From: Bacteroidales bacterium
Lineage (GTDB): Bacteria > Bacteroidota > Bacteroidia > Bacteroidales > FEN-979
Reading direction: 5' to 3'
Assembly: GCA_963682005.1 (NCBI GenBank)
Contig: OY820914.1
Location: 4,644,979 to 4,708,978 of the forward strand
DNA length: 64,000 nt
Positions 12,346 to 20,292 of the stretch are shown piece by piece; within the stretch, counting starts at the first letter, position 1; every line of letters begins with the position of its first letter. A program made the translations under genes and the position numbers. Under the pieces are notes generated by a model. That model made no database searches and was not told the DNA's origin. It was given only the letters and a program-made list of their open reading frames with translations.

Positions 12346-12470
12346 ATGATCTCATTTTAACCGGACAAAGTTAAGCCTGACTAAATGCTTTTGCACAAAA
12401 CCGGCAGGGAATTTTTTCTGTGGTTCTGCATGATTGCCTGCAATCCTGCTGGCGCGCGTCGCCTTGCCTG

Positions 12471-13757
12471 TTATTGCTTTAATTCCTGTAAGACCATCTG
12501 TTCGTATTCAGGATTGAAATCAATTTTCAGCTTTTCCTCATAGAATGCAATCAACCATTCAATTTTTTCCTTTGAACCGGATTTCCGGTAAATATCTGCC
12601 AGGTTTAAAACAGCCATGGAATATCCTGACAGCACAATACCGGAGATCCGGGGAATATCATTCTCTTTAATGGTTTTATAATCGTTCACATTTCCGGTGC
12701 TGATGAATTCCTCAATTTTAGCTTCATCAAAAGAGTAACCGCTATCTGTTGTTTTAATGGGTGTTAGTTTTGATACCAATCCGCAATTTTGAAAATAATC
12801 GTTTAACCCACCATAAAGCGCCGGGGATGCAAAGTTTGAAAAGTATATAGGACGTCCTGCAAAGTTGTCTTCAATGATTTGTAAAAGTATGGCTCTTTGC
12901 GGGCTGAGATATGTCCTCTTTTTCGCCTTTTCCCCATTAATTTTCGTCTGCATATTTTCCGATGCCAGATCAGGATCGACTCTCCATTGCATTTTATGAT
13001 CATCCTGTAAATTGAATCTTCTCTTATCGCTGTGGGAAATGCTGATGTAAACATCGGTTGTATCCCATTTAAAAGGGTGAATGTCCATTACCTGTTGATT
13101 CGTAAGGTTGATTTCAACATTCCGTACCGCGTTTTTCATTCCTTTCTTCAGGAACTGAACATACCACGGCCGGTCGATATTTCCAAGGGGAATGACAGAT
13201 ATGTCAGTCCTGAATTTTTCACACAATTGCAGGTAGGAACAAATATCGAAATCGGCATTTCCCCCCGTGAAAAGGATGGCGTTTTGATCACAATTCATAA
13301 GAACATTTTTCCCAAACTCTTTCAGCCAATCCGGATACGCCCCTTTTTTATTTGCCAGTGCATAAAAGTATTTCAATTTACGGGCATCGTAGTTTTGCAT
13401 GGCAATAAATGCGTTTCCGCTGCATTCGGCACCATAAAAATATTTTGCATCACCATAATCCGGGTTTAATTCAAGCGCTTTGTCGAGATACCTGAATATC
13501 TGTCCGGAATAGGAATAGTCATAACCCCGAAGCGGCCGGCTGTCATATGCCCTGTAATGGTTGAACCATCCGAGATAATAATAGATCTCGGCGTCATCCG
13601 GCGATTCTTTCAACGCCTGTTCAAGCAGCTCAATCGCTTCGCTGTAATGCTCATCTTTAAACTCATCCAACGCTTTTTCTTTCAATGTCTTTTCCTGCGA
13701 GAAAGCAACCGGAATTGAAAGGATTAAAATACAAATTGTCAAAATTATCTTCTGCAT
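12471..13757 (-). CDS. Secreted TPR-repeat protein of unknown function
   Basis: Signal peptide, then TPR-like helices (YSEAIELLEQALKESPDDAEIYYYLGW). The central segment NAILFTGGNADFDICSY...VIPLGNIDRPWYVQFL resembles the soluble domain of DUF2723-type proteins. Confidence 0.55.
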   Translation of the reverse strand: MQKIILTICILILSIPVAFSQEKTLKEKALDEFKDEHYSEAIELLEQALKESPDDAEIYYYLGWFNHYRAYDSRPLRGYDYSYSGQIFRYLDKALELNPDYGDAKYFYGAECSGNAFIAMQNYDARKLKYFYALANKKGAYPDWLKEFGKNVLMNCDQNAILFTGGNADFDICSYLQLCEKFRTDISVIPLGNIDRPWYVQFLKKGMKNAVRNVEINLTNQQVMDIHPFKWDTTDVYISISHSDKRRFNLQDDHKMQWRVDPDLASENMQTKINGEKAKKRTYLSPQRAILLQIIEDNFAGRPIYFSNFASPALYGGLNDYFQNCGLVSKLTPIKTTDSGYSFDEAKIEEFISTGNVNDYKTIKENDIPRISGIVLSGYSMAVLNLADIYRKSGSKEKIEWLIAFYEEKLKIDFNPEYEQMVLQELKQ

Positions 13758-13942
13758 TCCTGTTTTCTTTTATGATTACTGGCAGCTGTTTTTATGTGTG
13801 CCTATGCACCCTTAATTCTTTATTCATCGAACTGAAAAACTGGCACTTTGCCTGTATTGCGACATGCCATTTAGTTGATGCAGGTTTCCCTGTATTTACA
13901 GTAAACCAATTATATTGTAAACCTTAAGTATTTGTATACATA

Positions 13943-15382
13943 TTATTGGCTCCTGATATAAAGATCATATTTTTGAGTAGGTAAGTTCATCAATTTATAC
14001 CCTTCCGGCACGAGTTTGCGGCTGAGCTCTTTTTCAATTAAAAAGTATTTATGCTGTGTTGATGAAGCATCAAGGCTAATGAAGAAATAACGGCTATAGT
14101 ACATAAGCAGCGACCACTCATTTCCCATTTCAGCAGGTATACCAATTATGTTTCTCTGTGTGATAACCGGACCGATGGTATATATGTCATGAAGCATTTC
14201 TTTGTCGCGCTTGGGCGGGCTGTAGATAATTGTCGCTAATGAAAAAACAACAGAGGCGACAAATAACAACCAGGTAGAATATCTGAATATTTTAAATTTG
14301 TTTGAATTCACATTGATTTGTCCTGTCAGCTTTGAAAGAAATGGAGCGAAAAGTACTGCAAAACCCATTGCATAGTAAGGCAATGCCGGGACAAAATAAA
14401 AACCTGATTGTTCCAACGTCAACATTAAGGGTAAGGTTCCCGATAATGCTATAAGGAAAAACCACATGGAAATCCGCAAATTGTTTTTATCCAGGGTAAA
14501 ATCCATTTTTTTTATCCTAAAGAAAATCGCTCCGCCCAACATAAGAATAAATGCAGGTATTAGTTCGGAGAATAAGCGATCAAGGATCCCAAATCTATCA
14601 TTGCCAGCAAAATTGGAATCAGTAAATGCCGCAGTAATACGACGGTTAAAATAAAATAAATAACTTGATCTGACAGTTTCGTTTAATAGTAGTATTCCGT
14701 ATAATATTACTACGATTGCCAGAATTAATGCACTTTGAGCAAACATACGCCCGAAGGATATATTTCTGAATGCAGCCCAATAAAAGAAAATAGCGGTCAA
14801 TGGAAACAATCCTTGAAAACCTTTGCATAAGCTTGCTGCAAAAATCATTAATCCCGCCATGAAGAGGTTAAACCAGGTATTGCTTTTTTGAACAAATAAT
14901 TTGGAAATAAAAAGTATTGAAGCAAGATCAAACATGCCCATGGTTGGCTCTTCTACATTGTTTGCAAAGGCCCAGCAGCAAACCGGGATGCTAATCCAAA
15001 ATAAAATGACAAGCCAAAAAACATCCTTTTCAGGCTTGTCATTAAAAAAACAATTCCATATCTTGTATATAAGGAAAACAGTGATGAATGCAATCAGTAA
15101 TTCATAGGTTCGTTCAACATACATGCTGCTGCCGAATATTTTAAAAAAAATGGATTCTATTCCGAAAAACAAAGGAGGATGTTCATGAAATACAGGCATA
15201 ACTGTCTGGCTGAAATGTGGATGCCAAAAAGTACCTAATCCATTTGCAAGATTATGCGCCACGGCAGCATAAAGCATACCATCCATAAACATTCCATCGC
15301 GGAATAAATCACGTATAATCAAGATGAAAAATGCAGAAAAAACAATTAACCAAAAAGGTAATTGGCGTTTAGTTGTATTCAA
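13943..15382 (-). CDS. Polytopic membrane glycosyltransferase, GT39/ArnT-like (GT-C fold)
   Basis: 479 aa, more than 10 TM segments, AT-rich. The ORF starts at a TTG, and the first in-frame ATG is at codon 31. Confidence 0.55.
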   Translation of the reverse strand: MNTTKRQLPFWLIVFSAFFILIIRDLFRDGMFMDGMLYAAVAHNLANGLGTFWHPHFSQTVMPVFHEHPPLFFGIESIFFKIFGSSMYVERTYELLIAFITVFLIYKIWNCFFNDKPEKDVFWLVILFWISIPVCCWAFANNVEEPTMGMFDLASILFISKLFVQKSNTWFNLFMAGLMIFAASLCKGFQGLFPLTAIFFYWAAFRNISFGRMFAQSALILAIVVILYGILLLNETVRSSYLFYFNRRITAAFTDSNFAGNDRFGILDRLFSELIPAFILMLGGAIFFRIKKMDFTLDKNNLRISMWFFLIALSGTLPLMLTLEQSGFYFVPALPYYAMGFAVLFAPFLSKLTGQINVNSNKFKIFRYSTWLLFVASVVFSLATIIYSPPKRDKEMLHDIYTIGPVITQRNIIGIPAEMGNEWSLLMYYSRYFFISLDASSTQHKYFLIEKELSRKLVPEGYKLMNLPTQKYDLYIRSQ

Positions 15383-15504
15383 CTTAGTTTAAATTATGGG
15401 GCTTCGTATTTTCTAATTTAACTGCACTTTAAGGAGCAGTTAAAGATTATCCTTCCTGTATTTTGTTTTAATGCCGATTGTGCTATTCATAATTATTATA
15501 CCAG

Positions 15505-15700
15505 TTCGTCACACAAGGGAGTTCCAACATACTTTTCGAAGAGCCAATCGTAACAACCTTCCTTGATAAGGCTTTTCCTGTTCGATCACAAAAATATTGG
15601 AAATATATGAATATACCAACCCCCGGCTGGAAAAAGGACGGGGCCAACTCCGAAACTTTTCTGAAGGCAGGCCAGAGTTACTTTGTGGCCTTCCCAACTG
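15505..15700 (-). pseudogene. Truncated group II intron 3' remnant (last ~25 codons of the RT/maturase ORF plus degenerate domains V and VI)
   Basis: The DNA aligns by eye with 20296..20470 of the intact intron (for example gcttttcctgttcgatcacaaaaatat...atgaatataccaacccccggctggaaaaaggacgggg). The translated piece KFRSWPRPFSSRGLVYS corresponds to the intact C-terminus KYRECPRLFPHWELVYP. Confidence 0.65.
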
Positions 15701-15804
15701 TTTGGATAGTTATCATTGGATTCAGGCTGCCGAACTCAAAATTCCCAGAAGGATTACGAATTGCGGATTAGGTCACCGCTTTCTCACGGAGGACGTTGTT
15801 GCTA

Positions 15805-15885
15805 TGTGACCCTTAACCTTGTGACCCTGTGACCTTTCATTGCTCATTACTCATTACTCATTACTCATTACTCATTGCTCATTAT
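15805..15885. repeat. GTGACC-type units followed by tandem 7-bp repeat CATTACT x7
   Basis: Read directly as gtgaccc..gtgaccctgtgacc, then cattgct cattact x4 cattgct cattatt. Confidence 0.9.
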
Positions 15886-16012
15886 TCGTTCCCTCCCGGG
15901 AGGGGGTAATCTTGACGTGTTCCACCTTTACTACAAAGATTTCACCCCTCCGGGGTGAGAGGCTTCGCACCTCGGGCGCCGGACTTCGGGCCTCGGGTTC
16001 TGTGCTTCAGGA

Positions 16013-16079
16013 TTCTGACCTCTGACCTCTGACCGTCAAAAACCTACTGCCTACTGCCTATTGCCTATTTGCCTATTAC
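16013..16079. repeat. Tandem 7-bp repeats: CTCTGAC x3, then CTACTGC/CTATTGC x5
   Basis: Read directly. The same unit families recur at 47851-47886 and 25712-25725. Confidence 0.9.
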
Positions 16080-16235
16080 CGTTTACGCGGGAATGACGCT
16101 ACAGTATCACATATAAAGAAGGAAGTATGGGATTTACTTGCAATATCTAAGTTTTATGCAGGCCATTTGCCGGTTTGGTGAATGCCAGCCTTCAGAACCA
16201 GTTCGCCCCGTGAGCTACCGCTTAGTCAGTGGCAT

Positions 16236-17036
16236 TTATTTTTTGATAATCATCTTACATTTGGAGAACGAATTTTGAGAGCGTGCATTTAAAAAATACA
16301 TTCCATCAGATAAACCAGGATTACTTATTTTGATTGGATTTTCATTTGATATAAACGAATTGATCAATTTTCCATCTTGTGAAAATAAATTGATAGTACT
16401 TATATTTCCCTGCTTAGAATGAAGATCGATCACAAAGGATCCTGCATTTGGATTTGGGTATAACGTTGGTTCATTCCCCAGGATATTTTCATTCTCAGAT
16501 ACAGCAGTTGGAATTACACCTGGAATGTTGAAAACTTTTATCTGATAATGGGTATATGGATTTACTGCATAAACATAACTAAGCCATAGTTTTGCACCTT
16601 CCTCAGTTGGAAATACATTTGCAAAGCGGGCAAACATCTCATCCAATAAAATTGTATTGTCTTCTCTGACTACCTTTGTTCTATAAGATGGAAGCCATGA
16701 AACAAGACTATCAACTCTATATGACATTATGTATTCAATATTTGTTGGGTCATTATCAAATAATGATTCAGAAACATTCCCAATGCTTTCCACATAAGCA
16801 GTTGTATCAGGATCAGCTGGCAATTGGATTGTTTTATACAAGGTTCCATCGATATTGTATAATGAAAATTGATGCTGAGAATTAATTTCTGTTATATTGG
16901 GAAACCAGTATACCGTTTTAAAGTCATTCAATTTGAAATAACTCCAGTCAGCATTGAATGTCTGGTAATCCAAGGTAATTTGTGCGTAACCCCCACTAGA
17001 AAATATTAACATGAGGATTATGGTTAGCTTTTTCAT
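16236..17036 (-). CDS. Secreted protein of unknown function with T9SS C-terminal sorting domain
   Basis: I prefer the internal ATG at 17036 (MKKLTIILMLIFSSGGYAQ signal peptide) over the ORF-track start at 17084. C-terminus LYPNPNAGSFVIDL...GMYFLNARSQNSFSKCKMIIKK. Confidence 0.6.
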   Translation of the reverse strand: MKKLTIILMLIFSSGGYAQITLDYQTFNADWSYFKLNDFKTVYWFPNITEINSQHQFSLYNIDGTLYKTIQLPADPDTTAYVESIGNVSESLFDNDPTNIEYIMSYRVDSLVSWLPSYRTKVVREDNTILLDEMFARFANVFPTEEGAKLWLSYVYAVNPYTHYQIKVFNIPGVIPTAVSENENILGNEPTLYPNPNAGSFVIDLHSKQGNISTINLFSQDGKLINSFISNENPIKISNPGLSDGMYFLNARSQNSFSKCKMIIKK

Positions 17037-17306
17037 TGCTTCATGATTTAGGGTCAATAAAATAATTGGCAATACGTTGCGCAAGATAATAAATGCGGTA
17101 GTTACTTGTTTTATCGTTGCTGTTTTTTATCGATTGTAGGTTTGGGAAATACCAACCGCCGGATACCGCCCGAAATTCAATACCGGTTCGCTTTGCGTAG
17201 TTTTAATTATCTTCAGTCTCCTCAGAAATAGTACCATCTTCTTTATACCATATAAACTTCCCTTTCTTCTTAACATATGCGGAAAAATTATTTTATATGA
17301 AGATAC

Positions 17307-17328
17307 GGGGAAAGTCACGACTTTCCCC
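17307..17328 (-). terminator. Candidate intrinsic terminator hairpin downstream of 17404..18306
   Basis: ggggaaagtc-ac-gactttcccc is a perfect inverted repeat. On the minus strand it is followed by an AT-rich tract ending in ttttt. Confidence 0.4.
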
Positions 17329-17363
17329 TACGGGTCACGTCGGATTATGGATTACGTCCCCGC

Positions 17364-17382
17364 CTGCCTGCCGGTCAGGCAG
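17364..17382 (-). terminator. Second hairpin just after the stop of 17404..18306
   Basis: ctgcctg-ccggt-caggcag forms a 7-bp stem about 22 nt downstream of the stop. There is no U-tract. Confidence 0.3.
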
Positions 17383-17403
17383 ACATGCACCACCTGGCGA
17401 ATA

Positions 17404-18306
17404 TTAATTCTTAATCAGCTTCTTCTTTATTATTGTTTTGGAATCAGAAATCTCAACAAGGTATATCCCTTTACTTATTGAAGAAACGTCAACTGAGTTT
17501 TCTGAATTTTCAATCCGAACCTGGAGAACGATATTGCCGGTTAGTTCATAAAGTCTCAGAATGGCATCCATGCCATGATTGGGGAGATCAATATTAAGGT
17601 TACCGTTCACCGGATTCGGGTAAATTTTTATTTCATTCAAATTATTTAGCCGGTTGAGCCCGGTGTTACTATTTTTCAGGCAACGTACTGAAAAGCCGGC
17701 TTTCTTAAAGAAGCTGTATCTTGTTACTGCGCTATCCCAGGTGCGAAGAAAACGACTCCAGGCATGGTCTGCACTGACCTCGTCTGTACTCCACCATGCT
17801 CCATTATTTCCCATTCCAAAATAAGCCGCATAACTGTCCCAGTCGCCGCCAGGCAATGCGGTAAACCCGGATTCATTGGTCGCTCCTGCATTGGGGCTGT
17901 ACCAGTGGGATGTTCCCGCTTCCTTAAGTTTTCCGCCTGCGATACTGTCTCCTCCCAGGAAAGTCATCAGGATGTTCCATTCCGAATCAGCTGGCACATG
18001 CCATCCTGAGGGGCATAGTTTGCCGGTTTTTCCCGCATACCAATCATACAACAGCCCATACGTGTTCTTATTGGCAAAATCGTCATTATATACACAATAA
18101 ACAGAATTTGTACCTGCCCCGGGGTCTTTATATGGTATTAAAGTGCCATCATTAAGCCTGGTAGTTTTAAGGTTTTCAGCCATCCATTTCTGTGCGCCGA
18201 TTGTTACCGTCTGATAAACGTTTCCTTCAATGTCGGTCACTGTTTGTGCAATGTTTTGAATGGAAAAATAAGTTATTAATGTAAAGAGTAAAATCGTTTT
18301 TCTCAT
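17404..18306 (-). CDS. FISUMP (Fibrobacter succinogenes major paralogous) domain protein with T9SS C-terminal sorting domain
   Basis: Start chosen at ATG 18306 (MRKTILLFTLITYFSIQNIAQ). Hallmarks DIEGNVYQTVTIGAQKWMAENL, YGLLYDWY, CPSGWHVPADSEW, GGKLKEAGTSHW, ESGFTALPGG and FSVRCLK. Por tail IYPNPVNGNLNIDL...GIYLVEI. Confidence 0.8.
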   Translation of the reverse strand: MRKTILLFTLITYFSIQNIAQTVTDIEGNVYQTVTIGAQKWMAENLKTTRLNDGTLIPYKDPGAGTNSVYCVYNDDFANKNTYGLLYDWYAGKTGKLCPSGWHVPADSEWNILMTFLGGDSIAGGKLKEAGTSHWYSPNAGATNESGFTALPGGDWDSYAAYFGMGNNGAWWSTDEVSADHAWSRFLRTWDSAVTRYSFFKKAGFSVRCLKNSNTGLNRLNNLNEIKIYPNPVNGNLNIDLPNHGMDAILRLYELTGNIVLQVRIENSENSVDVSSISKGIYLVEISDSKTIIKKKLIKN

Positions 18307-18376
18307 AGGATTAAAATTAGGTTTTAGCATGAATTTCCGTTCAACGCGGCCGGCATTCATTCATTCTTTCATAAAA

Positions 18377-18850
18377 TTATAATATTTTATTTAACTCTGT
18401 TTCATAATCAAACTGCAAATCCGGATGTAAAGATTTTATGGCTTTTTTGATCACTTCTATCTGATGTTTGTAGATATTATTAAGCACTATATTTTCTTTC
18501 ATGGATAGGATCAATTTTTTAAGTTCGGAACAAAAACAAAGCAATAATTCTACCTCTGTTTCCTTTTTCTTTGAATAACGGATATACTTCTTAACAGAAC
18601 GCAATATTTTACGTACACTCTTTTTGATAAAATAATAATTCCGTTTGTTTACCTGCTCAAATAGTTGCTCAATTTCACTTTGTACGCTTTTTACATAAGC
18701 TGGTTCATTGGATGCTTCATATAGGAGGTATGTCAATAATTCTTTGTTTTCTTTTTTGAACTTTGATAAATACAAACAAAGTTCCACCAGTTCACCTTGT
18801 GAGCGACTTTTTAATTCCAGTTTGAGTTCTTTTACAGAGGCTACTTTCAC
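18377..18850 (-). CDS. Hypothetical helical, lysine-rich cytoplasmic protein
   Basis: 157-aa ORF with GTG start and AT-rich composition. I recognise no catalytic motif. Confidence 0.45.
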   Translation of the reverse strand: MKVASVKELKLELKSRSQGELVELCLYLSKFKKENKELLTYLLYEASNEPAYVKSVQSEIEQLFEQVNKRNYYFIKKSVRKILRSVKKYIRYSKKKETEVELLLCFCSELKKLILSMKENIVLNNIYKHQIEVIKKAIKSLHPDLQFDYETELNKIL

Positions 18851-19327
18851 AGTGAAATCTTAGTGTTGTTTTGATCATTTCTTCCTTCTTGCTGCTTGTT
18901 GGATCATGCAAGGGAGTTTCAGCCCTGTGTGTACTGTTAACGAAATACCATCAAGCCCTGAAAGGGTGAAATCCCTAATCCCAAATGAATCGTTCATCGT
19001 ATTCAACCTTATACTTTTTTAAGAAAAGTTCTGATTACGCCCCTTCAGGGCTGTTAACCAGATTTTTGTCCCTCATCGATGGGCTGCACCCATCGTTAAT
19101 ATATTCCGCCCCGTTCGGGGCTGGGTTGAAAATTCACCCCTGCGTTCACATCTCTAACCCGCATTCATTACACATAGCACCAGGAATTTCCCCGGGTAAT
19201 TCAATTTGATATAAAGTGCATAGCCGGCAGTCCGCTTAGCCGGTGCGGAACGGGATTCCGTGCAACACGGTCTTCATGCTGGATGCTTAAGTGCGTACCA
19301 CACGAAGCCTTATTTATTAGGTGCCGT
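18851..19327 (-). ncRNA. Hairpin-dense non-coding region with two segments resembling intron domain VI. It is either an unknown structured RNA or decayed ORF-less intron remnants.
   Basis: No credible ORF. Several GC-rich hairpins are present (cgatggg-tgcag-cccatcg, gccccg-ttc-ggggc, ccgtg-caa-cacgg, gccggc...gccggc). Segment 18897-18935 resembles intron 20296-20334, and 19133-19150 (ttcacccctgcgttcac) resembles 20318-20334. Confidence 0.35.
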
Positions 19328-20266
19328 TTATTTAATTCCAAATTTTTTATTCTTATAATCAATTATAATGGTATTATTGAGGAAATAAGCATTGCCTGTA
19401 ATTCCCCAAATTTTTTCATCATTATAAAACTGATCAAATTTCTTAATCTTATCATAATAGACAGTAGCTATGTTAAGTTCTTTATTTCCTAATTTAATGT
19501 CTGATTTCACTTTTTTGCCGTAAACCATATAGTAGTCACCCCAGCTTGATATTTTTAAGGAGTCAGAATTAATTAGCTCGCCAATAGCATTTGCATTTTG
19601 CTCAGTTGTAAGTAATTCAAAAATACTGGAGCCTGTATCAAATAGTAAGTCTTGCTGTTGTCCATTAATCAGAAAAGGGACAAAGATTCTTCCATACCTT
19701 TCTTTATAACCAACGAAAGATGATTTTAGGTATTTTGATGGAAGTTTGTCAACAATACATAACTTTTTATGGGGATAGTCAATAATTAGAATTTTGTTCT
19801 TAAACAAGTCGGGTGCAATTGTGCCAATATGTTTTACAGTGGGTGTTTTAATAGAATCGGAAGTCAAACTGTCTCCATAATTCTTAAATAGGCCAACTTG
19901 AATTTTTTGGAATACCACATTGCCAAGTTTCAGGTCAACGTTTTTAAACATATAGTTCTTTTGACTTTGTATCCAAAAAACAAGGGTTGTGTCAAGTTTA
20001 GCCTGTAAAAATTGGTGTTTGTCAAGATAAGGCCTCATAGTATTCCCATAGACATTGGTAGTAACTGCTCCTAGGTCTAATTGCATTTCAAACTTGTAGG
20101 GAAGATTCTCAATACTTACTGGAACTGTCATTGCTAATTTGTCAAAATATTTACCAGCAACGCTGTCACCAACCCATTTAAACGGGATCCAATTTTGCTT
20201 TTGAGCAGACAGTGTGTTTGTTATTAAAAAAAGTGTTACAACTAAAGTTAATTTAATATTCTTCAT
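19328..20266 (-). CDS. Secreted protein, possibly a retropepsin-like (clan AA) pseudo-dimeric aspartic peptidase
   Basis: Start moved to ATG 20266 (MKNIKLTLVVTLFLITNTLSAQ), because the ORF-track extension to 20362 translates intron domains V and VI. There are two D(T/L)G-like sites, QLDLGAVTT and LLFDTGSSIFEL. Confidence 0.4.
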   Translation of the reverse strand: MKNIKLTLVVTLFLITNTLSAQKQNWIPFKWVGDSVAGKYFDKLAMTVPVSIENLPYKFEMQLDLGAVTTNVYGNTMRPYLDKHQFLQAKLDTTLVFWIQSQKNYMFKNVDLKLGNVVFQKIQVGLFKNYGDSLTSDSIKTPTVKHIGTIAPDLFKNKILIIDYPHKKLCIVDKLPSKYLKSSFVGYKERYGRIFVPFLINGQQQDLLFDTGSSIFELLTTEQNANAIGELINSDSLKISSWGDYYMVYGKKVKSDIKLGNKELNIATVYYDKIKKFDQFYNDEKIWGITGNAYFLNNTIIIDYKNKKFGIK

Positions 20267-20292
20267 ATTCTTTGAGGGTTTTGTAATGGCAC

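Noticed and set aside
18985-19209. 74-aa plus-strand ORF in the hairpin-dense spacer
   Set aside because: The product is Ser/Pro/Leu-rich with no motif. The ORF spans several perfect hairpins, so a non-coding reading is more plausible.
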